The notes under the pieces: generated by a model
Told to the model about the DNA's origin: nothing
The model's input: the letters and a program-made list of their open reading frames with translations, nothing else
Database searches by the model: none
Assembly: GCA_964291625.2 (NCBI GenBank)
Contig: OZ220089.1
Coordinates: 768,001 to 832,000 of the forward strand
Origin: Candidatus Latescibacterota bacterium
Lineage (GTDB): Bacteria > Latescibacterota > UBA2968 > UBA8231
Length of the DNA stretch: 64,000 bases
Reading direction: 5' to 3'
Shown: positions 1 to 9,144 of the stretch, piece after piece
How positions within the stretch are numbered: the first letter of the stretch is position 1
Layout: each line of letters starts with the position of its first letter
Made by a program: the position numbers and the translations under genes

Positions 1-1608
1 CATCTCAACGACGAGGCCTCCCTCGGCTTCGGGGACGGCACCATCGGCTGCTACTGCGACTTCTGCCGGTCCGAGTTCCGAACCGCCACGGGCCGCGAGC
101 CACCCACCTCGCGCGACTGGGACGACCCCCTGTGGTACGCCTGGCTGGAGGCGCGGTTCGACAACTGGCAGGCCGTGCACTCGGAGCTGCGCGCCGCCAT
201 CAAGGAGGTCCGGCCCGACGTGGTGGTGGGCATCCAGCACAGCCCCGTCGTCCCCGAGCGCAACTACAACGCCTGGCAGACCGGCATCCGCCTGGGCCGC
301 GACGCCATCGCCCACGACGTCATCGCAACCGACCCCTACCACTACAACCACCACCATCTCATCCTGCACCGGCCCCACCGCCGCATCCTCTCCGAGACGA
401 CGCGCAGCCTCGTGGCCGCCTGCCTGGACCGCCAGGTCGACATCTACCCCCAGGGCTTCATGCCGCCGTCCCAGGCGGTGCCCATGGGCCGCCAGGACGG
501 GCTGCTGGCCGCGGTCGTGCCCTTCGCCCTGGGCGCCGACCTGGTGATGCCCTACACCTACGAGCAGATGAAGATCATCCCGGGGTTCTTCGAGGCCTTC
601 GACGAGGCCCGGCGGCTGATGCCGGCCTTCGCCTGCCACCGGCCTTACGCCTTCGCCACCATGCTCATGCCCCAGCAGTCCGAGATCTACGGCCATCACG
701 CCTCGGCCTGGGGGCACGGCGGCCTCCTCACCATGGTGGACCTGCTCTACCGGACCGGCCTGCCGTGGCAATGGTTCTGGGACGAGCGCCTCGACGACGC
801 CGGCGATCACCTGCGGGGCCCGCTGATCTTGCCCGAGACCCACTGCCTCACGGCCAGCCAGATCGAGCGCATCGAGGCTCTCGCCGCGGCCGGCGAGGGC
901 CTGCTGCGGGTCGGCAACCGGCCGGAGGGCCCCTGGGAGGGCCGCGGCCCCTGCCCGCTGCCTCAACAGATCCACTCGGGCGCCTTCGAGATGGAGCTGC
1001 GCGGCGGCCATCCGCTGACCGACGGCCTGGAGCACCCGGTGATCCTCGCCACGAGGGTGGACGGCCCGGGCCCGGAGGGCGAGGTCCTCGGCACGGTGGA
1101 GGGCCGGCCGGCGCTGGTCCTGGCGGAGGAGGGGGGCCGCCGGGAGGTCTGGCTGGCCGGCATGCCGGCGGTCACCTGGACCGGGAGGATCCCCGCCAGC
1201 TCCCTCCTCGAGGAGACCAGCAACGTGGAACTGCTGCGGCGGCTGGTCCTGTGGGCCTCGGGGCGCCGGCCCCTGGCGCGGCTGGACCCCTTCCCGCCGG
1301 AGGACGACTACCGCAGCCTGAGGCCCGCCGACCGGCGCGCCGTGCCCACCCTGGAGCTGCTCCCCATGACCGCGGAGGACTCGCTGCTGGCCATCGTGTT
1401 CCCCTACACGCCGGTGGGCTGCCGCACGTCGCTGGTGATCGAGCCGCCGGAGGGCCGGAGCCTGGGGCCGGTGCGGGAGATCTGGACCGGGCAGGACTGG
1501 AGCGGCCGCGTGGAGGCGGGGCCGGACGGCGCGGCGCGTATCCCCCTCGACATCCCCGGCGACTGCGACCTGCTGGCCCTTCAGGTGACACTGGAGGAGG
1601 ATCGATGA
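1..1608 (+). CDS. Putative glycoside hydrolase (GH42/beta-galactosidase-like TIM barrel), 5'-truncated by window
   Basis: Frame 1 is open from base 1 (HLNDEASLGFGDGTIGCYCDFCRSEF...). CYCxxC followed by an aromatic-rich helix is typical of GH42-like proteins. ATGA overlap with the next gene. Confidence 0.6.
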   Translation, partial: HLNDEASLGFGDGTIGCYCDFCRSEFRTATGREPPTSRDWDDPLWYAWLEARFDNWQAVHSELRAAIKEVRPDVVVGIQHSPVVPERNYNAWQTGIRLGRDAIAHDVIATDPYHYNHHHLILHRPHRRILSETTRSLVAACLDRQVDIYPQGFMPPSQAVPMGRQDGLLAAVVPFALGADLVMPYTYEQMKIIPGFFEAFDEARRLMPAFACHRPYAFATMLMPQQSEIYGHHASAWGHGGLLTMVDLLYRTGLPWQWFWDERLDDAGDHLRGPLILPETHCLTASQIERIEALAAAGEGLLRVGNRPEGPWEGRGPCPLPQQIHSGAFEMELRGGHPLTDGLEHPVILATRVDGPGPEGEVLGTVEGRPALVLAEEGGRREVWLAGMPAVTWTGRIPASSLLEETSNVELLRRLVLWASGRRPLARLDPFPPEDDYRSLRPADRRAVPTLELLPMTAEDSLLAIVFPYTPVGCRTSLVIEPPEGRSLGPVREIWTGQDWSGRVEAGPDGAARIPLDIPGDCDLLALQVTLEEDR

Positions 1609-3029
1609 GCGAGAGCTGGAACATCGTCGTCGTCGTGGCGGACACCTTCCGCACCGGCTATCTCGGCGCCTACGGCAACGACTGGGTCCACACGCCCAAC
1701 CTGGACCGCTTCGCCGCCGAGGGCGTGCGCTTCACCAACGCCCATCCCGAGTGCCTGCCCACCATCCCCACGCGCCGCACCCTGCACTCGGGCCGCCGGG
1801 CCTTCCCCTTCCCCACCTATTCGCCGGTGCCCTGGGACAACGTCTACATCCCCGGCTGGCAGCCGATGTCGGCCGACGAGCCGGCCGTGGCCGAGGACCT
1901 CGCCCGCGGCGGCTACCACACCGGCTTCTTCGCCGACGTGCCCCACTACTTCGTGCCGGGGATGAACTTCACCCGCGGCTTCCGGCAGTGGGAGTTCGTG
2001 CGGGGCCAGGCCGAGGACCGCTACCGGGCCGCCGCCCGCGCCGACGAGGCCCTGGTCTCGCGCTACCAGGGCAACCCGAACCGGATCCGCGCCCACCTGG
2101 TCAACGTGCAGCCCCACCGGCCCGAGGAGACCTGGCCCACGGCGCGGCTCTTCCGCTCGGCCATCGAGTTCGTGGAGCAGAACGCCGGCAACGCGCCCTT
2201 CTACCTCTACGTGGACGGATTCACCCCCCACGAGACCTGGGAGGCGCCGCTGCACTACTACGACCTCTACGGCCGCCGCGAGGACCGCGAGCCCGTCCTC
2301 CTCAACCTGCCCTACCGCCCCCTCGACGACGAGGCCGTCGAGGCCCGCCTGGAGAGCGTCAAGGCCAACTACGCCGGCCTGGTGACCCTCGTCGACACCT
2401 GGTTCGGCAAGCTGGTGGGGACGATCGACCGGCTGGGGCTGAAGGAGAGCACCCTCGTCATCTTCCTCAGCGACCACGGGACCAACTTCGCCGACAACGC
2501 CGAGCGGGTCACCGGGAAGCCGGCGGGCTACATGTACCCCGGCACCATGGACATCCCCCTGCTCGTGCGCCATCCCTCCGGCGCAAACGCCGGGACCGCG
2601 TGCGACGAGCTGGTCTACACGCTCGACGTGCCCGCCACGGTGATCGCCGCGAGCCGGGCGGAAACGGCCGGCGAGATCGAGGGGCAGAGCCTGCTGCCAC
2701 TGGTGGAGGGAACGCCGGGGTTCAGTCCCCGCGAGTACCTGACCTGCCGCTACGGCAACTTCGTGTGGTACAAGGACGGGAAGAATTGGTACTTCTCGGA
2801 CGTCGACTTCCAGGGGCCGCGGCTCTTCGACCTCGAGGCGGATCCGGAGTGCGGGGAGAACATCGCCGCCCGGGACCCCGACAGGATCTCCCTCGCCCGG
2901 GAGCGCATCCTGGCCGACGCCGGGGGCCGCCTGCCCCGCTACGAGCACCGGGGCACCGACGCCCTCGGCCGGCCCGAGTACGCCGAACAGCAGACACAAC
3001 CGACACAACAGACGGGAGGAACGGCATGA
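1605..3029 (+). CDS. Sulfatase-like hydrolase (alkaline phosphatase superfamily), Thr at nucleophile position
   Basis: MSESWNIVVVVADTFR..., TPNLDRFA, PTIPTRRTLHSGR, PHETW, IFLSDHG, LFDLEADP. SD GGAGG at 1596-1600. Confidence 0.9.
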   Translation: MSESWNIVVVVADTFRTGYLGAYGNDWVHTPNLDRFAAEGVRFTNAHPECLPTIPTRRTLHSGRRAFPFPTYSPVPWDNVYIPGWQPMSADEPAVAEDLARGGYHTGFFADVPHYFVPGMNFTRGFRQWEFVRGQAEDRYRAAARADEALVSRYQGNPNRIRAHLVNVQPHRPEETWPTARLFRSAIEFVEQNAGNAPFYLYVDGFTPHETWEAPLHYYDLYGRREDREPVLLNLPYRPLDDEAVEARLESVKANYAGLVTLVDTWFGKLVGTIDRLGLKESTLVIFLSDHGTNFADNAERVTGKPAGYMYPGTMDIPLLVRHPSGANAGTACDELVYTLDVPATVIAASRAETAGEIEGQSLLPLVEGTPGFSPREYLTCRYGNFVWYKDGKNWYFSDVDFQGPRLFDLEADPECGENIAARDPDRISLARERILADAGGRLPRYEHRGTDALGRPEYAEQQTQPTQQTGGTA

Positions 3030-3832
3030 AACTCAGCTTCCACACCTGCGGCCTCGAATGGTGGTCCCTCGAGGACGCGATCAACGAGCTGGCCGACATC
3101 GGCTACGACGCCTGCGGGCCGATCCTCGCCCCCGGCGGCCACGTCGATCCGGACAAGATCACCAGCAGCGAGATCGAGCGGTACAAGCAGCTCGCCGCCG
3201 ACCGCAACCTGGCGATCAGCACCCTGAACCCCTGGAAGATCGGCGGCTTCTCCACCAAGGTGGAGAGCGGCGAGACGGAGCGGTTCTTCCGGCGCGCCCT
3301 CGACCTGGCCGCCGAGTTCGGCGCCGGCAGCGTGAAGTTCCTGGCCGGCAGCCACCCCGACGGGGAGATGGACGGCTGGAAGGCGATGGTCAAGGTCTGC
3401 AAGCGGCTCTGCCACCACGCCGAGCAGGTCGGCGTCGACCTGCTCATGCAGAACCACGAGAACCAGCTCATCGACACCTCCAACTGCTTCGCCCTGCTGC
3501 GCCACCACGTCGGGTCCGAGCGCCTCCAGGCCACCCTCGACGTCTCCAACATGGCGATCCTCATGGAGGACCCCTGCCGCGCCATCCACGACCACGCCGA
3601 CAACATCCGCTACGTCCGCATCAAGGGCATGCTCCTCCACTACCCCTACGCCACCCAGTGCGCTCCCGGCGCGCCCGGCGACATCGTCGACTGGAAGGCG
3701 GTCTTCACGGCGCTGAAGGACGTGGGCTACACCGGCTACATCGAGCCCGTCACCTATCCGTGGTTCCCGCCCGACTTCCACCGGACCAACTACGAGTGGT
3801 GCCGCGAGCTGGCGGCGGAGGTGGGGCTGTAG
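3026..3832 (+). CDS. Sugar phosphate isomerase/epimerase (xylose isomerase-like TIM barrel)
   Basis: MKLSFHT..., QNHEN, LDVSN, G-DIVDWKAVFTALKDVGYTGYIE. ATGA-coupled to the sulfatase. Confidence 0.85.
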   Translation: MKLSFHTCGLEWWSLEDAINELADIGYDACGPILAPGGHVDPDKITSSEIERYKQLAADRNLAISTLNPWKIGGFSTKVESGETERFFRRALDLAAEFGAGSVKFLAGSHPDGEMDGWKAMVKVCKRLCHHAEQVGVDLLMQNHENQLIDTSNCFALLRHHVGSERLQATLDVSNMAILMEDPCRAIHDHADNIRYVRIKGMLLHYPYATQCAPGAPGDIVDWKAVFTALKDVGYTGYIEPVTYPWFPPDFHRTNYEWCRELAAEVGL

Positions 3833-3919
3833 GGAGTAGCCGGGGGGCCGCGGGCCTGCACCGGCTCGCGGCCAACCCTCGCCTCTCCGGACCGAGAGAT
3901 CCCGGCGAGTGATTGCTGG

Positions 3920-4129
3920 CACCGGTTCGCGCAACTGGTGGAAACGTCTCAGCGCTCCGACCAGGGCGTCCTGCACCGCGTCGAGGGCCTCGTCGTGCGA
4001 GCCGAGGTATCCGAGGGCGTCGCGGTAGAGCTGGTGCTGATGGCGCCTGACGAGGGCCTCGAAGGCGGCCAGGTCCCCGTCCGCCGCGGCCCGGGCCAGG
4101 GAACCGTCGCCGGTTGCTGCGGTCTGCAT
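3920..4129 (-). pseudogene. ECF sigma-70 factor N-terminal (region 2) fragment
   Basis: MQTAATGDGSLARAAADGDLAAFEALVRRHQHQLYRDALGYLGSHDEALDAVQDALVGALRRFHQLREP. Similarity stops there and no region 4 follows. Confidence 0.7.
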
Positions 4130-4130
4130 A

Positions 4131-4177
4131 CCCGTAGTGACACCCCGTAGAGACAGCCGGTAGAGACACCCGGTAAC
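4131..4177. repeat. Imperfect 13-bp tandem repeat (about 3.5 copies)
   Basis: cccgtagtgacac/cccgtagagacag/ccggtagagacac/ccggtaac, directly upstream of the sigma fragment. Confidence 0.7.
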
Positions 4178-5174
4178 ATCTCGCACCGCGACCCCGACAT
4201 CGCCGCCTTCGAGCAGGGAGTGTGGACCCCCATGGTGAAAGAGAGAGAATGAACGACGACTCTGAAGCGGCCCCGCCTCCTGCTAACCGCCCCCGCAGGA
4301 TGGATCGATGGCTGGGGGCCCTGTTCCTGGCGGCGGTCGCGGCTCCGGCCGGGGGAGAGTCGGAAGGGACGGCCACGGTCAGCGGCTTCGTGCGCGACCT
4401 CCGGGACGGCGAGAGCCTGCCCTACGCCGCGGTCTCCGCCACCGTGGACGGCCGGGAGACCGGCACGCTGAGCAACGCCGACGGCTACTACGCCCTGCCG
4501 GACATCCGGCCGGGGACCTTCGTGCTCACCGTCCGCCACCTCGGCTACGCGGCGCGGCGGGACACGCTCTCCGTGGCCGCCGGGCAGGCCCTGCGTCGCG
4601 ACATCGAGCTGGAGCGGGAGGAGCTGAAGATGGAGGCCGTCGTCGTCGAGGCCGAGGCGGAGGCGGCGGACAGCGAGCTGAGCCGGCAGTCGAGCGTCGT
4701 CCTCCTGCCGATGAAGTCCCTGCAGAGGATGCCGGCCATGGGCGAGCCCGACCTGCTGCGCAGTCTGCATCTGCTGCCGGGCGTCCAGGCGGCGTCGGAC
4801 TACAGCAGCGGGCTCTACGTGCGCGGCGGCGGACCCGACCAGACCGGCATCCTCCTCGACCAGGTGCGTCTCTACAACCCGTCCCACGCCTTCGGCTTCT
4901 TCTCCACCTTCAACCCGGACGCCATCAAGGACGTCACCTTCTACAAGGGCGCCTACCCGGCCCGCTACGGCGGCAACCTCGGCGCCGTCCTCGACGTGCA
5001 GAACCGCGACGGCGGAAGTGTACCCCGTCAACTGGACAGGAATTGGGCTTGTGCAAGCGAGCGTCTCGAGATGTGATGGAGCGGTACGGCGCCCCGGGGC
5101 CCGGATCGAAGCCCGGCCTCCCGGACTTGCACCCAGGCCGGGCCCCCGGGGCCGTGAGGAGAGCCCCCCCGCGC

Positions 5175-6002
5175 TCAGGCCGCCCGGTGGTAGACATCGC
5201 TGGGGGTCTCGTAGTCGAAGGCCTGGTGCGGCCGCTCGAGGTTGTAGAAGCGGAAGTAGGCCGCCACGCCCTCGATCAACTCGGGGACGGTGTCGTAGGC
5301 CTTCAGGTAGATGTCCTCGTACTTCAGGGAGCGCCACAGCCGCTCGATGAAGATGTTGTCCAGCACCCGGCCGCGGCCGTCCATGCTCACCCGCGCCCCG
5401 GCGGCCTCGACCCGCTCGGTGAAGGCGGTGCTGGTGAACTGGGCCCCCTGGTCGGTGTTGAAGATCTCCGGCCGCCCCTGGCTCAGAGCCTCCTCCAAAG
5501 CCTCCAGGCAGAAGGCCGCGTCGAGGGTGTTGGAGACCCGCCAAGCCAGCACGTAGCGGCTGAACCAGTCCATGACCGCCACCAGGTAGACGAAGCCGGA
5601 AGGCATCGGCAGATAGGTGATGTCGCTGCACCACACCTGGTCCGGCCGGTCCACGGTCATCCCTCGCAGCAGATACGGATAGACCCGGTGCTGAGGGTTG
5701 GGAGTGGTCGGTCGCGGGCGAGGATAGATCGCCTGCAGGCCCATGACCTTCATCAGGCGATGCACGCGCTTGAGATTGACCGGGTGCCCCTGCCGCCTCA
5801 GAGCCGCGCAGATCCGGCGCACGCCGTAGACCGGGCGCTTGGTGTAGATCCGGTCGATGACGTTCATCAGGTCGAGGGTGAGCGGGTCTGGCCCCTCCGG
5901 GTGGTAGTAGAAACTGGATCGGGCCAGCCCGAGCAGCTCGCACTGCCGGTGCACGCTCAGCTGGGCGTGGCGCGGCTCGATGAGAGCGCGGCGCTCAGCC
6001 AC
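5175..6002 (-). CDS. IS3 transposase OrfB (rve integrase core)
   Basis: DDE motifs [15 protein letters not shown] and [10 protein letters not shown]; YNxxRPH. Confidence 0.95.
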   Translation of the reverse strand: MAERRALIEPRHAQLSVHRQCELLGLARSSFYYHPEGPDPLTLDLMNVIDRIYTKRPVYGVRRICAALRRQGHPVNLKRVHRLMKVMGLQAIYPRPRPTTPNPQHRVYPYLLRGMTVDRPDQVWCSDITYLPMPSGFVYLVAVMDWFSRYVLAWRVSNTLDAAFCLEALEEALSQGRPEIFNTDQGAQFTSTAFTERVEAAGARVSMDGRGRVLDNIFIERLWRSLKYEDIYLKAYDTVPELIEGVAAYFRFYNLERPHQAFDYETPSDVYHRAA

Positions 6003-6288
6003 CGACAGCCTCGTGTTTTTTTTGAAGCCACTCCAGCTCCATCTGCAGGCGACCGATCTGCTCGTAGAGCTCGGGCACCGAGGCGGCCTCCTCGTCCGGC
6101 CGCCGGCCCCCGGGGCCCTGGAAGGCCTCGGGCAACCGCTCCAGCAACTGCTTCTTCCAGCCGTGGATCTGGCTGGGGTGGACGGAGAACTTGCGGGCCA
6201 GCTCGTTGACCGTCTGCCGCTCGCGCAGGGCCTCCAGAGCCACCTTGGCCTTAAACTGAGCCGAGTGCGTCTTGCGTTTCCTCGTCAT
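5995..6288 (-). CDS. IS3 transposase OrfA (HTH)
   Basis: [21 protein letters not shown]...[19 protein letters not shown]8 run near the end. Confidence 0.9.
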   Translation of the reverse strand: MTRKRKTHSAQFKAKVALEALRERQTVNELARKFSVHPSQIHGWKKQLLERLPEAFQGPGGRRPDEEAASVPELYEQIGRLQMELEWLQKKHEAVGG

Positions 6289-7920
6289 CCAACCCCCTCC
6301 GGACAGTAGCTCGGTGGACGAAAAGTCTCGCTTAGCCACCTGTCCAGGATTTGGGGTACATTACCGGCAACCGCCGCCGCTTCAGCAACACCGGCGGCGT
6401 CAGCATGATCTCCAGCCGCCTCGTGAGCGAGGGGCCCCTGGGCCGGGGCTCGTGGATGGCGGCCGGCCGGCGCACCTACATCGACCCGGCCCTGCGGGCG
6501 CTGCGCCGGAGCGCCGACGGCCTCGACGGCCTCGGCTACTGGTTCTACGACCTCAACGCCAAGATCAACACCCAGCTGACGCCCGACGACAACCTGATGG
6601 TCAGCGCCTACGGGGGCGCCGACCATCTCGACATCACGGTGAGCGACAGCACCAACACCCTCTCCTTCGGCAACGAGTGGGGCAACCGCGCCCTGACCGG
6701 GCGCTGGACGCACCTGTTCACGCCGGCCCTGTTCGGCCGCGCCATCCTCCTCTACTCCCGCTACCACAGCGACATCCTCCTCGACCTCTTCGGCACCCCG
6801 GTCGAGATCCGCAACAAGGTGCGGGAGGTCACCCTCAAGGGGGATGCCGACTGGTTCGCCTCCCCGGACCACACCCTGCGGGCGGGAGTCGACCTCACTC
6901 GCTTCCGCTTCGACTACAAGGTGCGCTTCGAGGAGTACCGGGAGGAGCAGGTCGTGGAGCCGTACCTGCTCTCCGCCTACGTCCAGGAGGACTGGCAGGC
7001 GACGCCCCTGACCGAGGTCCGGCTCGGCCTGCGGGGCTCCTGGTACGAGGAGGGAGGGCGCCTGTCCCTGAACCCGCGCTTCTCCCTGAGCCGGGTCCTG
7101 CGGGAGGGCTGGCGGGTCAAGGTCGCCGGCGGCAGCTACCGGCAGTACCTGCAACTGGTGTCGACGGAGGGGTTCGGTGGCGGCGACGTCTGGGTCTCCC
7201 TCGACGAGACCGTCGAGCCCGGGCGCTCATACCAGGGGGTCACGGGACTGGAGTGGGAGCCTTCCGGCGACTGGCGGGTCAGCCTCGAGTCCTACTACAC
7301 AGACCTGGCCAACCTCGTGGTCCTCGACGAGGACCAGGCCGAGAACGCGGAGCAGCGGACCTCGGAGGACGTCTTCAAGACCGGCGGGGAGGGCTACGCC
7401 ACCGGCCTGGAGCTGTTCGCCGAGAAACGCCGCGGGGCCCTGACCGGCTGGCTGGGCTACACCCTCGGCTGGACGCGGAGGAAGTTCCCGGAGGTCGACG
7501 AGGGCCGCGCCTTCCCGCCCAAGTACGATCGGCGTCACGACCTGTCGCTGACCGCCAGGTACACTGCGGGGCGCTGGACCTGGACGACCAGCCTGGTCTA
7601 CGCCACCGGCCAGGCCTATACCCCGGCCGGGGCCCGCTACACCCTGCGCGACCCGGCGTCGGGCCGCCCCGTGGACCGGCTCCTGGCGGCGCAGCGCAAC
7701 AGCGCCCGGATGCTGCCCTACCACCGCCTCGACGCCGGGGTGCGGCGCCAGGCCCGGCTCTTCGGCGCCGAGGTCGAGTACTACCTGCAGATCTTCAACC
7801 TCTACAACCGCCGCAACGAGTGGTTCATCCAGTACGACCCCGAGGACTCGGAGAAGGAACCGACCGTGGTCCGGATGCTGCCCATCGTGCCGACTTTCGG
7901 CTTCGACTTCAGGCTCTGAG

Positions 7921-8922
7921 ATGATGCCCGCATTCCTGCTGCTGCTGGCCCTCGCGCCGCTCCTGTCCTGTGACGCCCCCGGCCCCCTCAAGGCCGACCG
8001 GGACCCCGGGGAGCTCTTCGGCCCCGGCGAGGAGACGCTGATCGTGGTCGACGCCGTCCTCATCGTCGACGCGCCCCTGCCCCCGGTCCTGGTGCGGCGC
8101 ACCGAGGCGCCCGGGGTTCGCTACGAGGCCGCGGCCACCGGCGTGACCGGGGCCGAGGTTTCCATCCGCCACGGCGACGCCCGGTTCGCGTACCGCCCCG
8201 ACCCGGCCCACGCCGGACGCTACCTGCCGCCCGACGGCGCGCCCCGGGTCGAGCCGGGCGGCGAGTACGAGCTGCGGGTGACCAGCGGCGACGCCCCGGT
8301 CGTGAGGGCCCGGACCCTTACGCCGGCGAGGGTGCGCGTCGAGGAACTGGTCTGGCTCGACGAGGACCTGGAGACGGAACTGCAGCAGCTGAGGCTGTTC
8401 TCCGAGATCGGCGACGGGGTCTACGAAGCCGGCGAGAACCAGCTGGAGTATCCGCGGGGCCTGCTGGTGGCCCTGCTCGAGGGCGCGGGCGAGCCCGGGT
8501 TCTACCAGTTCGCCACGTTCAACCTGGAGAGCTACAGCCCCTACCTGCTCGACCCCGAGTGGATCGACGAGGGGGACTTCGAGCTGGAGCGCCAGAACAC
8601 CTCCCCCCTGCTGCGGGCCGAGGACAGGTACCTCTACCTGCCCTGGGACGGCATCTACCACGCCGGGCGCTACAAGGTCAGGCTCCACGCCGTCGACCGG
8701 AACTGGTACGACCTCGTGCGAACCGACAACATCGACGCGGAACGCGGCGCCGGCGAGGCCGGCCAGTCCTTCCAGCGGCCCCTCTTCCACGTGGAGAACG
8801 GGATCGGCCTCTTCGCCTCGGCCGCGGTCGATTCCTTCGGCTTCTTCGTCCGGCCCAGGGGCAGCCCGCCCTGCTCCGGGTGCCAGTGCTGGGACTGCGC
8901 GGAGGCGCCGCCGGAGGAGTGA
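7921..8922 (+). CDS. DUF4249-like lipoprotein (TonB receptor partner)
   Basis: Lipobox LLSC, IVVDAVL, C-terminal HVENGIGLF. Immediately follows the TBDR. Confidence 0.7.
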   Translation: MMPAFLLLLALAPLLSCDAPGPLKADRDPGELFGPGEETLIVVDAVLIVDAPLPPVLVRRTEAPGVRYEAAATGVTGAEVSIRHGDARFAYRPDPAHAGRYLPPDGAPRVEPGGEYELRVTSGDAPVVRARTLTPARVRVEELVWLDEDLETELQQLRLFSEIGDGVYEAGENQLEYPRGLLVALLEGAGEPGFYQFATFNLESYSPYLLDPEWIDEGDFELERQNTSPLLRAEDRYLYLPWDGIYHAGRYKVRLHAVDRNWYDLVRTDNIDAERGAGEAGQSFQRPLFHVENGIGLFASAAVDSFGFFVRPRGSPPCSGCQCWDCAEAPPEE

Positions 8923-8952
8923 CGGGGGCCTCGAAGGCGGCCCAGACAAGGG

Positions 8953-8987
8953 AAGCTGCCCACCGAGGTGCGACAGATCGCGTCGCA
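8953..8987 (-). promoter_or_regulatory. Putative WYL box/promoter copy 4 (orphan)
   Basis: TGCGAC-agatcgc-GTCGCA at 8969-8987. On the minus strand it reads TGTCGC-N11-CAGCTT. Confidence 0.6.
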
Positions 8988-9144
8988 GGCACGGAAGAGA
9001 AGCGGGGTGACTGGGCTCCGAGCTTGGGGCCGGGCCTCTCGATGTATATTCCGCCGCCAGCCTGGCGGACGGCCCCATCCACCAGCCCCTGGATCCCGGG
9101 GCGGACCGAAGCCCACCAGGCTACCTCTTCCGGAGAGAAGACCG

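Larger units (their letters stand above)
5014..6365 (-). mobile_element. IS3-family insertion sequence, 1352 bp
   Basis: Terminal IRs GGAAGTGTACCCCgtcaaCTGGACAGG and GGTAATGTACCCCaaatcCTGGACAGG. 3-bp target duplication GGC at 5011-5013 and 6366-6368. Contains orfA and orfB. Confidence 0.93.
4249..7919 (+). pseudogene. TonB-dependent receptor (carboxypeptidase-like N-domain, plug, barrel) interrupted by IS3
   Basis: The 5' part has plug motifs GLYVRGG, YNPSH, YKGAYPARYGG ending QNRDG. The 3' part resumes NRRRF... and ends FNLYNRRN...FGFDFRL. Removing the IS and one GGC restores the frame. Confidence 0.9.

Noticed and set aside
132-1604. 965-aa ORF as an N-terminally extended sulfatase
   Set aside because: The upstream part is an Arg/Pro/Gly-rich off-frame reading of the GH-like gene. 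The real start is ATG 1605 with an SD.
4054-8942. 17-bp match gggcctcgaaggcggcc at about 4054 and 8926
   Set aside because: GC-rich, so a chance match of this length is plausible in 64 kb of high-GC DNA.
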